Shown piece by piece: positions 11,478 through 24,646 of a stretch of DNA of 64,000 bases. Location: assembly GCF_006345805.1 (NCBI RefSeq), contig NC_043001.1, positions 72,168,001 through 72,232,000 of the forward strand. Direction: 5' to 3'. The DNA is from Octopus sinensis (Eukaryota). The translations under genes were made by a program, and so were the position numbers. The first letter of the stretch is position 1. Every line of letters begins with the position of its first letter. Under the pieces are notes generated by a model. That model was given only the letters and a program-made list of their open reading frames with translations. It had not been told where the DNA came from and did not search any database.

Positions 11478-12331
11478 CAAGGTGCATCCAAAAAATATCC
11501 AACTTTATTTTTTCCCCACCAAAACTAATGCTGCTTGGGCATTAATACCACCGTTACTGTACATACGTGAAAATTTTCATGACAGCAGGTTGTGTCAGTT
11601 CCCAGTTGTTATGCCTAGAGTAAAGACATGTAGTGCATACTTGTCAGATTTTCGTTTTCACTGAACACATTGAACAGATATATTGCATAAGTTTTTTGCC
11701 AAAACCTTGGTGGTACCCAGGCTCAAACAATTCAGGAGATTCAGCAGGCCTTTGGTAATGATGCCATGGGCAAAACTCAGATGAAGGATGGATCAAATAC
11801 TTCAAATATGGCCATGCTTCAGTGGAGAGTGAGGCACACTCAGGCAGGCTTACCACAAGCTAAAACGAGGAGCTAATATGAAGGTTTGGCAAATATTAAT
11901 GGAAGACTCATCTAACAATCTGGGAAATTGCTCTGCGAAGTGAGAATAATCACTGGATCAGTGCTGCACATGCAAAGAGTGCTGGCGAAATTCATCACCA
12001 AGGTGCTGCAGAAGTAACTTCTGATGGAAATCACTCAGGACATGCTGGACTGTGCAAACCATGACCCAAAACTTCATGAAGACCATCATCACTGGTAATA
12101 AGACATGGGTTTATAGTTTCTGCTCAATTCATTCAGTCTTCTTGTGTGAAAACAAAAATCCAACAAGCACACACTATATGTCTGTACTCTTGGCATAACA
12201 GCCAGGAACTGACACAAAAATTTTCACACATGAGCAGGAAGGGTGACATCACCCCACCCAAAAGATTTTGCCCATGTGGCATTAGTTTTGGTGGAAAAAA
12301 ATAAAGTTGGATACATTTTGAACACACCTTG
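11478..12331 (+). mobile_element. Decayed, internally deleted mariner
   Basis: About 52-bp imperfect TIRs flanked by TA; remnants QRYCI.F and IITGNKTWVYSF (a TGDETW motif). Confidence 0.85.
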
Positions 12332-12753
12332 TAGGTACTTTTACCAATTCATTTCACACCTAGTTTAATTAACAATGGTATCAGTCATAGATCTTTCCTC
12401 AGCTGTAAGCTAGGTGTGTGTATGTATGTGTGCACGACTATCTGTATACATTGAAGTTATGTTCTCTATTTGTGATTAAGGACCAGTTGTAGCATATGTT
12501 TATTTATCTATATAAGGATATGTATATATATGGGCTTGTTTGTAGATTTATATGGATGTGTATATGAGCATACATATTTTTATGAGTGCATATTCTTGGG
12601 TATGAATGTATGTGTGTATATATATATACATACATACATGTAAGTGTATATATATTTTATACATGAGTGTTTATTGGTGTATGCTTATATAAGCAGATTA
12701 TTTTAATTATGGGATATGGATGTGTACATATCTGCATGTATATGTGTATATAT

Positions 12754-13010
12754 ATCATCATCATTTAGCGCCTGCTTTCCATGTTGGCATGGGTTAGTTG
12801 GCTTGACTGGAACTGGAAAACCAGAGAGCTGCACCAAGTTCCAGTCTGGTTTGGCATGGTTTCTATGGCTGGATGCCTTCCTAACACCAACCACTCCAAG
12901 AGTATAATGGCTGCCATTTATGTGCCACTGGCAATGGTGCCAGTTACAACTTCAACCATGATTACAATTTCACTTGGCTTGATGAGTCTTCTGAAACACA
13001 GCACATCACC
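12754..13010 (-). mobile_element. SINE-like retroposon 3' part ending in (TGA)n, RTE-type tail
   Basis: Reverse complement matches the tail at 35346-35510; its inner part also recurs at 3752-3858. Confidence 0.75.
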
Positions 13011-13465
13011 TCTGTGAGGCCGTTTGAAGATCAAGCTTCACTGCTTTGTCCAGTGCCTACCTCTTCCACAGGTTCCCTCTACAGAGATCTGCACTTCTTT
13101 ACACAGCTGTCCTCATCCATATGTGTGTAAGTTTGTATTTATATGTATATATAATTGTGTATGTGTATGTTCTTAGATATGTCTGTATATATGAGCATAG
13201 ATATATATGTATATGTATGTATTTATGTGCAATTTCGCATACAATAATATTTGTATATAATACCTGGTGTTCATATGCATGATTATTTATGTTGTTTTTG
13301 TCTTATCATGACTGCCTATGAAGATAATGTGTTGATCAATATGTCTGTGTATGTAAGAAAACTCAGATAAAGGGGGTTTTATCTTTCAGTTTGAAGTCAT
13401 AAGAAAAGATTCAAAGATTCTTAGAAAACTGTCAGAGGAATTTTTTCATTCATTAATTACCTTAA

Positions 13466-13686
13466 CCTTTTAGCATTTAAACTGGCCATATCCAGCATAA
13501 ATATTCAACCTATTTTATGTTCAAACCAACTATATTCGGCCTCTCACACATACCCTACAATGTCATTCTAAAACCAGAGAATTATATCTTTGAAATCTCA
13601 GAGCTATAAGATAATGCATGATTAATTCAAAATAATGTGAATAAATTAGCATTACATTTGATAGAATATGAATGCTAAATAGTTAG
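13466..13686. mobile_element. piggyBac-like MITE (TTAA|CCCTTTAGCATT...AATGCTAAAGGG|TTAA family), right end decayed
   Basis: Same family as 27522-27714 and 43283-43505. Confidence 0.75.
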
Positions 13687-14596
13687 AACTTTTATTGATG
13701 GATAGAGTGCTATTGGATGCATTTCCATTTACATTTTGTCTATTTTGCCTTGATATTAGCCATGACCATATATAGTTGATACTTCTGGTGTTTGGGCATT
13801 TCCTTTCATTGTTTATAAACTGAAATGATAATGTTTGATGAAGTGAATTGGCTATAAATTTGTTATACGACGTTGCATAACTTTTGCATCATCATTTAAC
13901 ATCCACTTTTCCATTCTAGCATGGATCAAGCAGAATTGTTGAGGCAGATTTTCTATGGTTAGTTTCTTCTTTGCTGAATGCTTCCTTTATGGTGATGTCG
14001 TTGATAACTCTGAGAAACAATATTTGCATAGAAGGGTTGATGGCATTGACTGCATGATAATGTTAGTGGAGGATGATGTTGATTTTGTTGAGCCTTTTTC
14101 TCCTGTTGTTTGATCTGTTCTTGCTTTCTTCTAGTGGCTTCGAAGTTTTTGGTTCCAATGAATTTGCAGTGTTCCACTGTTAATTAGCTAGCAAATAACC
14201 AAGCATTAATCAGTTGATTAAAATGTTTAATTTTTATACCACTCTTTGAATACTTTGCTAGCCAGATTCTTGCATCAAGAGCTGCCAAGAGGATCACCCT
14301 GGATTTTAATCATCCTTACAGTAATTTTGTCAGCATCATTTTAACATCTACTTTTCCATACTTGCATAGTTTCAATGGGATGTGTTGAGGTGGATTTTCT
14401 GTCCAGATGCCCTTCTGGTGCCAACCCATACCAGTTTCCAAAAGTAAGGCAATATTTCCCCATGGTCAAACATTTTTACAAAATATTGAAAATGAAAGAC
14501 ACTACTTGCAGGACAGTGACATATGTTTACAACTTTTATGCAATGTCAAGGCAAGGAGACAATAATACGTACAAATACATGTATATTATCTATGAA

Positions 14597-14755
14597 GGGC
14601 TTCTTTCAGTTTCTGTCTACTAAATCCACTCATAAGGCTTTGGTTGGCCAAGGGCTATAGTAGAAGATAGTTGCCTAATGTGCCACTCAGTGGGATTTAA
14701 ACTGGAACCATGTGGTTAAGAAGTAAAACTGCTTATTATACAGTCACTCCTGCAC
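14597..14755 (-). mobile_element. tRNA-headed SINE, head and core only
   Basis: Reverse complement of the head seen at 22283-22440; similar partial copies near 31642-31800, 39260-39370, 40255-40370, 44843-44970 and 46760-46925. Confidence 0.8.
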
Positions 14756-15088
14756 ACACATATATATATATATATAGACAGACAGATATCCAGTATATGC
14801 AGTTGACGGGGTATTAAATTAAAATAGCCATCAATGTTGTACTTGATGTTTGCACTCTGTTGATGTGCCATTTATGCCAATATTCTCTTAGACATATCTC
14901 TTATGGACATGCTGTGTTAAAAACAATACCACAGCATAATAAAAATTCATCTCAGCAGTAGCCAGAGAAAATGCCAGATGCATCTTGACCCTTCCAAGGG
15001 CAAAAGCACACACACTTGCTTGTAGATAATTATATATATACATATATATACTACATATTTATGTGTATAGTTTTATATATATATATAC

Positions 15089-15530
15089 ATTATTTACATT
15101 CAATGGATATTTGTCCTCATCTTGTTTGTTGTTAACACAACATTTTGGCTGATATACCCTCCAGCCTTCTTCAGGTGTCTTGGGGAAATTTTGAGCCTGG
15201 GTTCTCATTCCTAAGGTATTCTTCGATGTTATTATTATTATTATTATTGTTCAGGTCACTGTTTAGAATCGAACTCGGAATTTTGGGGTTAGTAGCCATA
15301 TGCCCGTGGGCAAATGGCATAGTGGTTAAGAGCGCGGGCTACTAACCCCAAGATTCTGAATTCGATTCCAAGCAGTGACCTGAACAATAATAATAATAAT
15401 AAATGATAACAACATTGAAGAATACCTTAGGAATGAGAACCCAGGTTCGAAATTTCCCCAAGACACCTGAAGAAGGCTGGAGGGGATATCCGTCAAATGT
15501 AAATAATTCCTCATCTCTTAAATATAGAAC
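15089..15530. mobile_element. Head-to-head inverted pair of a tRNA-headed retroposon with a hammerhead-like 3' region
   Basis: Minus copy 15089-15305 and plus copy 15308 to about 15530, 2-nt spacer; A box TGGCATAGTGG, B box (G)AGTTCGATTC; CTGAAGA plus helix II in both copies. Confidence 0.85.
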
Positions 15531-15659
15531 TATATATATATATATATAAATAAATACATACAGGTATTTGAGGATGTATTTAGTAATTTGATAAAACAAT
15601 CTTAAACTAGTTGAAAACCAAATATTTTTAATAATATTTTGATATGCTTCCATATAAGA

Positions 15660-16590
15660 TTATACAAGAATCTGCCTTTGGTGATTGCTGCAGTACAGGA
15701 TCAGAATCGTTGGCATATCTGAACTAAATGGTCTTTATTCATCTTGGACATAACCTGGACATCACCGTAGCCTTCAGTGAAGCTATGATATTATGACGAT
15801 GTTGATTAGTTTCCCTTTCGACAACACACTAAAAATGAGATTTAAATCTGGCAAGTTTGGACTTACATGGTTGTAAAGAATGTCTGACATTCATTCTTGG
15901 ACTGCACCGTCTGAGAATGTGTTTAATTTTGTCGAAATTTGTTTGGTTTTCCATTGAGTTCTTCACTCATCCAGGGTTTAACAACACTCCCCAGCACCTC
16001 AATAGTGAAAAGATGTGAGGTGTTGTGATATTACTTTCATTACTTACCACTCTTAAAAACCATCACAGTAGCTGGAAACTTAGTGTGCCTCACTCTGAGG
16101 ACATCATAAGGATTCCACATAACCATGTCATTTCTTATCAAACTTTTGATCTTGGTTAAAGGTTTTCTCAGAAGAACCAAAGCATGCCATGCTCGTGAGG
16201 GTTTTGATTTTAAGCAAACACTTGACATGAGTCACACGATTTTCCTGTACTTTTGCAGACACGAAATAGCCTCCTCAGTACACACAATTTGTATTGAATG
16301 TCCTCAAGCACCAGAGTTCTTGTCTGTTCTGACAAAGTTCTTTGCTGATAGTCCTCATTACTTTTCCACCATCATCACAAATATGTTTTGATCCTGTTGA
16401 ATGTACTGCAGTGTTTTTATAGTATCTGAATGTTTAGAATGTTTTTTGTTCTCTTTAATACAGTTGAAACATTCCAACTAGATACAAACTATGTACAAAA
16501 GATCTTGCAACAATTAGAAAGTTGACAATTTCTAAATTGCTCTATTCTGCATACATGGCAACAATGGCTACATTTCTTTTCATTTCTTGT
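15660..16590 (-). mobile_element. Highly decayed maT/DD37D-type Tc1-mariner transposase remnant
   Basis: Fragments KRNVAIVA..LEIVNFLIVARSFVH, HTKFPATVMVF, ERETNQHRHN and MNKDHL match maT-type transposases; TIRs not found. Confidence 0.7.
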
Positions 16591-16917
16591 GTTAGCATTT
16601 TATCTTCTATGGAGGATCTGAAAGAAAGAAAAATCTTCTAACTGATTTGAAGAGAATAATGTACTGATAATTGTCCTCAAATACCCCTTGCTCCTTGTAT
16701 AATCCCATTGTTGATGTATCATTTTCTATCATTAATAAAACTGTTGGCACCTTTGATGACACTGGTATGCTTGTATATACACACACACACATTTCAGTGT
16801 GTGTATAATTGAATTGGCTATGGAAACGGCTGTAGGGATAAGAATTCCATATTATATTGATTTGAGTATCTTTGAATAAACTGATGTCTATATGTAAATT
16901 TCTCCATTTCCTCATTT

Positions 16918-16958
<41 letters not shown>

Positions 16959-16966
16959 ATACATAA

Positions 16967-17352
16967 GCCGTAGGAGTGGTTGTGTGGTAAAAAGCTTGCT
17001 TCCCAACTACATGGTTCTGGGTTCAGTCCCACCGCATGACACTTTGCCTCGGCTGACCAAAGCCTTGTGACTGGATTTCGTAGGCAGAAACTGAAAGAAG
17101 CCTGTATGTGTGTGTATGTTTGTCCCCCTACTACTGCTTCACAACCAGGATTGGTGTGTTTAACAATCCTGTAACTTAGCAGTTTAGCAAAAGTGGCCAA
17201 TACAATAAGTACTAGGCTTAAGAAATAAGTCCTAGGATCAATTTGTTCAACTAAGAAGAAAAAACAACAACAAAAAAAAAACAAACAAAAAACCTTCAAG
17301 GCAGTGATCCAGCATGGCTGCAGTCAAATGACTGAAACAAGAATAAATAAAA
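16967..17352 (+). mobile_element. tRNA-headed SINE with L2-type tail
   Basis: GGAGTGGTTGTGTGGTAA head, GGGTTCAGTCCC B box, tail CCAGCATGGCTG-CAGTC-AAAT-GACTG-AAACAAG. Confidence 0.85.
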
Positions 17353-20253
17353 GTGTATATATATACACACACACAGATTTCTATGTATGCAATTATAGAT
17401 ATATATATTTCAGTTTTTATTGATGTGTTTGTGAGTACCCATGTCTTGGCATCACAAGATGATTGTTAACAACAACAATGATATATGTTATCATCACTAT
17501 TATCATCATTGTTGCTTTTCTAAAAGCCTTTTCTGTCACCAATCTTCATCTCTTTCCAAGCAAGGTAATATATCCCTATAGCCAGACATGTATTTTACAT
17601 AAGACTGGATACAAATAACACTGCTTGCATGACAGTAACACTCACTTTACAAGTAGATCTAGACCTAGACATGTATACACCTAGATCAGCTCACAGTGCC
17701 ACCTACCTAGACTGTGAGATGTTAACATTTTGGTGTAGTTATCTTCTCATCGGTCACAGACACTAAGCAAATGGCACTACAAGCTGAATTAAGATATTAC
17801 CTCTCTTATGCTTTTCCAGTCACCATATAATGACTGGCAGCGCTATACAACAACTCACTGTAAGTAAATTACGGAGGGGGAAAGCTAAGCAGTGATAAGT
17901 GAAATTGCGATGTTATTATCAGTTCGAATATACTTGATGCACATTCAAACTGGAGAACATGCTACTCACTCTCGTTTGTTGACAAATGGTGTGCATACAC
18001 CTAGATGAGCTCACAGCATCACCTACTTATATATGTACAAAACAAAACTTCACACACCATTGTGTTAGAAGCGTACAGAGTCTTGCATGAAACCTTAGGT
18101 CTGGACCTATAATTCTGCTTACTTTAAATATAACAAACATTATGTATCATTCCCCTCTCTCTCACACACACACGTGCACATACACATGTACACACACACA
18201 CATATATATATATATGAAAACTGAGTCTAGACAAAGATGCATAAATACATTTTAAATTTTAAAACACTGCAACGATCTTACAGATTGTATGTGTGTGTAA
18301 TAAGACATATGTTTTCATCATAAACTCTAATAGCTTGCCAACAAGACAGAGTAGTTTAAAAAATTTTAATATTCATGATTAAAATTTATGCAATCTTTTC
18401 TGATAAATATGAAATGAGAATGAATATGAGTGAAGAGAAGAGAAAAAGGGGAGGCAAGGAGGGGTGTGTTTGTTGTTTTTTTTTTAAATTTAAAAAAAAA
18501 TTGAAAGAAAAAATATTTCTTTAAGAAATACCAAAATGTTAATTTGAACTGAAAAAGAGAAAACTTATTGAGTATTGCAACTGACATTTTAAATTATAAT
18601 TTCTTATCTTTAGAAGATAAAGTCATGACAGACTAAAGAAGAATTAAATTTTAAATTCTTTTTAATCATTTTCCCTCCCCCTTGAAACTATAAAATATTT
18701 TATCGATTTTTCCAAGAAATATCAGAAGAAAACCAATGTCATGTTTGATGGACTGAAGAAAAATACTTCCATTAAGCTTAAAAGATTTAAGTCAATCAAC
18801 AGGTATTATTACAAAAGTATAGTGAATGTCATACTCAATGTGAAATGCAAATGTAAAAAAAACTTATATTTTTATGAAAGAACCACATTTACACAAGTGA
18901 TTCAGTGTAAATATAGAATTTACAAGAGATAAAAGACAAAAACAGCAGACAAAAGTATAGTAGTCTTTTTGATAAAGATTTGAATGCTATTAAATCTGTT
19001 CTTACAGCTAGACATCATGCCTTGCCTTAAATTGCTCGCTCATCACTTCAATATTCATAGTTATTCAATTAAAAAAACTATTTTAATTGATTATACATAA
19101 CACACACATACACACACACAGATTATATATATATAAATATATATATATGTAGGTATCATCAAAATGTTCTCCTAACATTTCATTAAGGGGTCATCTAACT
19201 TTAGAGTAAGCTAATGCCTCAACTATTATCTTGAGATCAGATCTATTTATTTATGTTATTTTTTTTTATATTGCACAGATCTGATGTGTTCCTGATCTGT
19301 CAGCGTTAAATATGATAGCTTAATGAAAGACTTGCATTGATAAAAAAATATTTAGAGAGAAAGAGAGAGATATAAGAGATAGAGATGTCATCAACAAGCT
19401 TTCAGCTATTAACCTTATATGAAGAGATGGGGAAGCAAACTTATCAAAGTATATTTATTATTTTAAAAAAAAATGTAATTTAAAACTTTATACATTAGAA
19501 GTCAATCAAAAACAAAATCTTTGTCTCCTTAGATTTGTGTCTTTCTCTCAACTTAAAGTTTATTGATGTGTTTATATATACTTACATGTATATATACATA
19601 TACACACACATATATATACATATACATATATATGTACATATATATATATGCATATATATATATATATATGCATATATATATATATATATATATAAAAATA
19701 TATATATATATATATATATATTGAACAATATTTTTTAAAAAACTAAAAAAAAATTGGGGGGCTTTTGAGAGAAAAATGTAAAAACAAAAATCTTGCATCT
19801 GAATAAACATTTTTTTTTTCAGTCTTTCTTTGATGTGCAGGACTGCATCAATTGCTGCAGCCTTTGTAGTAATGTTATTAGAAGAGAATGTTGTCAAGTA
19901 TTGGTGGTTAGTCAAACTGGAATTCCTTAGTAGAGAAGGGAATGTGAATTTTTTTTTACGAGGAAAAAAAAAAATGAATTTTAGAGGTGGGGAGCGGGGC
20001 GCCATGCATGAAAATGGGGTGAGGAAAAAGAGAGAATGAGGGAGGGTTATAGTTTGATTGAAATGACTTGATTTTAGTGTATTTCAACAACACAGTTTGT
20101 AGTTTCACTTTTGTATAAAACTAAATTGAAAAGAAATTAAAAATAAAGAACCTCCTCCAAGACAGAACAACCAAAATATTTCCATAGAGTCTGAAATAAA
20201 TGTGTCTGTGATATATATGTCCTCCATTTACAGATTGCCCTGTCACACTGGGG

Positions 20254-20481
20254 CTAAACTGTCTGTGTTTTTTGGTCAACCCGTTTCATTGTGATAGTTG
20301 CCAATAGAGGCTTGTCTGTAATGTGTTGTACTTTTTTTTCAACGCATTGTGGCAATATTTCGATGTGTTGTACCTTTTTATCACAGTTTGTAGGCACCAA
20401 TTTGCTGAGTTCCCGTGATGAATAGCCAAGCAACATCTTGAGGTCACACACAAATTTGTATACAAATCGTTTCCCATGAAC
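20254..20481 (-). CDS. GABPA: GABP-alpha/Ets97D ortholog, coding exon 9 (ETS end and C-terminal tail, stop)
   Basis: tttag|GTT; [29 protein letters not shown]...KTQTV*; phase 0 matches exon 8. Confidence 0.95.
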   Translation of the reverse strand, partial: VHGKRFVYKFVCDLKMLLGYSSRELSKLVPTNCDKKVQHIEILPQCVEKKVQHITDKPLLATITMKRVDQKTQTV

Positions 20482-21039
20482 CTAAACAAGAAAAAGAGAA
20501 ATGTAAAAAAAAACAAAACAAAACAATCAACCAAAGAATTCATAACATAAAAATAAGTTAATCTTTTTGACACAAACCCACCAAAAACTGCCCTTGATTC
20601 TGTGAAATGTTTACATTTAAAATTTAAACCTTTGAGCATAAGTTTAGCCAGAAATGTTAACTTTACTAATATTTACTAACACATACACTGAGTATTTCAC
20701 GTGTTAAAGGAGTTTTAACATCCACACAAATTATCTTATTAGAAATGTTAAAAGTAAATTTTTGTGGTGTAAAAAAATCTGGGAAGGTGTGCATATGACA
20801 GAGAGAGATATTCAAACAAGTGGTATTAGCACATGCACACACAGACAATTAGCTGAGTACATGTGTGTGAAAGAGTGAGAGTATGGCTATGTGTATATGT
20901 GAATATGCCATTAGTCTTCATGTGTGTGGAAACTAAAAGAAGACTTTTATGAAAAATAGTGTTTATCCTCAAATAAACACTATTTCAGTCGTTTCAGTCA
21001 TTGGCTAAATTAATATGACTTATTTCGTTGTGTTGTATA

Positions 21040-22174
21040 TGATGGAGTATACAAAAGTAACCGGAAACATTCTCTGTGGGACAAGCCCATTGTAGTTCAG
21101 GCTTCCGCCAGTAAAGCCGATTTTACATAACCTTGAGGCATCAGTCTGCCAACTGACAGCATCAGGAAAGGTCGTACTTCCACATAGTGCATCTTTGTTT
21201 TGCATTGCTTCTTCCCTGTTGATCAATTTTTGCAATGGCTGAAACAAAAGAACAATGTGCTTCCATGAAATTCTGTTTTCTGTTGGGGAAAACAGTGACC
21301 GAAACAGCTGTCATGCTTCAAACAGTTTACAAGGATACTCTCATGAGCAAAACACAAATTTACGAGTGTTTTCATACTTTAGGAATGGTCACTTGTTGCT
21401 TGATACCAACCTCGTTCAGATATGATTGGTGTCTCCTGGAGCTCCTACCTACAAATTTTGAGCAAGGAATTGCGAATAAAAAGAGTTGCAGTAAAATTTG
21501 TGCCTCGCTTGCTCATGGAAGATCAACTGAAAGAACAGTTGGAAGTTGATCTGGACCTTTTCTTGAAGGTCGCCACTGGTGATGAAAGCTAGTGTTATGG
21601 CTACAGTCCAAAAATGAAGCAGCAATCAAGTCAATGGAAGTATTCAATGTCACTACGCCCCAAAAAAGCACGTCAAGGGAAGTCCAATGTCAAGACAATG
21701 CTGATTTGTTTCATCGATGCAAAAGGAATTGTCCACATAGATTTTGTTCCTCCTGGTCAAACTGTTAACCAGACATTTTACTTGGAAGATCGGAAGCATT
21801 TGCGAGATGCGGTGAGTTGAAAACACCCCAACCTATGGCAAAGTGGAGAGTGGTGGTTTCATCATGACAATACACCGGCACAACCACCTTGAATTTGAGA
21901 CAATTTCTGACCAAAAATGGCTTGACCCCACTTATCAAACCTCCCTGTTCACCTGTTTTGCAGATGTGAAAGAGGTGAAAAAAAACAAAGAAAAGAAAAC
22001 CATGAAACATCAAAAGGCATTACTTCAGGACTGTTTTGAACAGTGGAAAACATGTCTGGACCAATGCATTGCTTCAAATGGCTTATGCTTTGAAGGCGAT
22101 AAAAGTGTAAACATGTAAAAGTAAGTGAATAAAATAACATTGCAAAATTTCGGTTTCTTTTAGGTACCCCCTTG
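21040..22174 (+). mobile_element. Decayed mariner in the last GABPA intron
   Basis: Imperfect TIRs with TA flanks; MAETKEQ..KFCFLLGK, TGDES.CYGY, KSNVKTMLICF.DAKGIVH, and a C-terminal CIASNGLCFEGD. Confidence 0.88.
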
Positions 22175-22206
22175 TATATGTAATTAAAAATTGTATATAT
22201 TATTTG

Positions 22207-22255
<49 letters not shown>

Positions 22256-22282
22256 TATATAAGTATTGTATATATTATTTAC

Positions 22283-22449
22283 AAGAGTGGCTGTGTCTAA
22301 GTAGCTTGCTAACCAACCACATGGTTCCGGGTTCAGTCGTCCCACTGCGTGGCATCTTGGGCAAGTGTCTTCTGCTATAGCCTCGGGCCGACCAAAGCCT
22401 TGTGAGTGGATTTGGTAGATGGAAACTGAAAGAAGCCTGTCGTATATAT

Positions 22450-22485
<36 letters not shown>

Positions 22486-22674
22486 ATATGTTTGTGTTTG
22501 TCCCTCTAGCATTGCTTGACGACCGATGCTGGTGTGTTTATGTCCCTGTCAGCAAAAGAGACCGATAGAATAAGTACTGGGCTTACAAAGAATAAGTCTC
22601 GGGGTCGATTTGCTTGACTAAAGGCGGTGCTCTAGCATGGCCGCAGTCAAATGACTGAAACAAGTAAAAGAGTA
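22283..22674 (+). mobile_element. tRNA-headed SINE with L2-type tail (best-preserved copy)
   Basis: Head, central (TA)/(TG) microsatellite, and tail GGCGGTGCTCTAGCATGGCC-G-CAGTC-AAAT-GACTG-AAACAAGTAAAAGAGTA. Confidence 0.9.
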
Positions 22675-22717
22675 ATTATCATATATAGTATATATACTAC
22701 TTATAAATAAGAAGTTT

Positions 22718-22776
22718 CAGCGGTGGTGCCCTAGCATGGCTGCGGCCTTCGGGCTAAAACATTTTTAAGGATTTAA
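22718..22776 (+). mobile_element. 59-bp 5'-truncated copy of the LINE-B 3' tail
   Basis: Near-identical to the reverse complement of 61664-61722. Confidence 0.85.
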
Positions 22777-23804
22777 TACCACACTGGTGATTGTTTTTCA
22801 TGAAACCACGAAATATCCATGGAGTCAGCTTGTTATCTCTATTCTTCCAGCATTATTTTGCTGTTAATAACAATACCATTTCACTTTTCTCCCTATTAAT
22901 TCAAACCTGCCCCACCCCCATATTTGTACACCAATTAATCAATCAAGGTTGATCACATTTAAATATGGTAAATATAGTTCATTGTTTGATATTCCCTAAT
23001 CAAAGAACTTGCTGTTTAAACCAGGACCGATATAATGTTTAATTAGAATAATAGATTTTAAGGATATAGACAAAGATGATGTCCAGGGTAGTTTTGACTG
23101 AAGAGACACAACCAAGTCGAAACACCACAATATCTCAGAGTCTGTTATCTTAATGAATTGAGTGTATTATAAACACACACTGTCTAAAAGAAGTTGTTCC
23201 CCATAGACAAAATACAACAGTATTTAGCATATTCTATCCACATTTGAATCTGCTTGAAATGTATTAAGAATGAATATGTACATCATTGGTTATTTTGCTT
23301 TTTGCTTTTCTCCATGCTCATGATGATTAATTAACTTTAAGATACTTTCAGACAGAATAAAAATAACACGAAACTGAGTTATTTTCATATTAGTAGAGGT
23401 ATACGAATTAATGCCCTGAGACTTTGGTATCAAAGGTAAGCAGGACACATGAAACATAACGAAAGGTAAGATTGGTGAATTGGTGACACACAAAACAGTT
23501 TCTGGTATTTAGTTATGGACATTTTAAGCTCCGAATTCATATCCCACTGAGATCAACTTTGCCTGATAGGTCCAATCACATCATCTAGTCTGGATATATT
23601 TCATTACTTGTTTTTTTACCCCTTTCTTTCTTTATTGCTATAAAACTATCAATCCATTTAATACAATAATCTCATTATTTGATCAATTGTAATCATGTAA
23701 TCTAAGAGATCACCAACATAGTTATGTCCCTTGAAATTTACTGATGTTTTTAACAATCTGCATGTTATAATAACAATTAAAAACAAACCAACGCCATAAC
23801 CTAC

Positions 23805-24028
23805 CTTTGCAATCATGTCTCCATCATAATAGTACCGTAGAGCACGACTTAGTTTCTCATAGTTCATGGTTGGTTTGTTTTTACGCTGGCCCCACAGCTG
23901 AGCCACCATCTCAGGATTGTGTAATTTGAATTCTCCGTCATCTCCAACCCACTGGATAATCTCTCGATATTCCTTGTCAGTTAACAGCTCCAATAAGAAC
24001 TGCCATAATTGAATCTGACCGTTGTTGC
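23805..24028 (-). CDS. GABPA: GABP-alpha coding exon 8 (ETS domain)
   Basis: ctgtag|GC...AAG|gtaggt; [15 protein letters not shown]...[21 protein letters not shown]. Confidence 0.98.
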
Positions 24029-24129
24029 CTACAGAATGAACAACAATAAAACATTAATAATAATTGTCTGATTCTTAATAACCACATCTGATATAAGAAA
24101 ACTTCTCATTACCAGTTATATTTTCAGAC

Positions 24130-24562
24130 ATGTAGTCAAAAAGCTTACTTCCCAACCACATGTTTGCAAGTTCAGACCTGCTGCAGAGGATCTTGGGCAA
24201 GTGCTTTCTACTATAGGCCTGAGCTTAATTTCCAAATGTATTTGGAAGACAGAAACAGAAAGAAGACCATTATCTGTGTGTGCACGCATGCATGTGTGTG
24301 TACACGTGCATATGTGTTTGTATGTACCCTTGTCCTGACATCACATAATGATTGTATACAAGCATCACCATCATGTAAGTGGTGCTTGCCTCCAATCTTT
24401 CATGAAAAACATGTCCAGCCATGGTGAAATATTACCTTGCTTGGAAACAGGTGAAGGCTGGCAATAAGAAAGGCATCTAGCCATAGAAAATCTGCCTCAA
24501 CAAATTCCATCTGACCCATGCAAGCATCGAAAAACGGGCATTAAAACAATGATGATGGTGAT
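24130..24562 (+). mobile_element. tRNA-headed SINE with RTE-type tail ending (TGA)n
   Basis: Same head/core as 22283, then GGAAACAGGTGAAGG...CCCATGCAAGCAT...TTAAAACAATGATGATG; similar copies at 5140-5400 and 42275-42645. Confidence 0.8.
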
Positions 24563-24646
24563 ACAGATAAATATCAATCTTCACATGAAACTGAGTGACT
24601 GATTTACATTAAACTTATGGTCATAAAAATATTTTATCCTGCTTAC

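Noticed and set aside
15308-15385. Genuine tRNA gene
   Set aside because: A and B boxes are present but there is no paired acceptor stem, and it continues into a repeat body; it is a SINE-type head.
19535-20039. ORFs of 67-150 aa downstream of the GABPA stop
   Set aside because: Low-complexity (TA)n and homopolymer translations in the probable 3' UTR.
23658-23804. Read-through extension of the ETS exon ORF (..[11 protein letters not shown]..)
   Set aside because: A clean AAG|gtaggt donor at 23805 joins to the conserved [10 protein letters not shown] exon.
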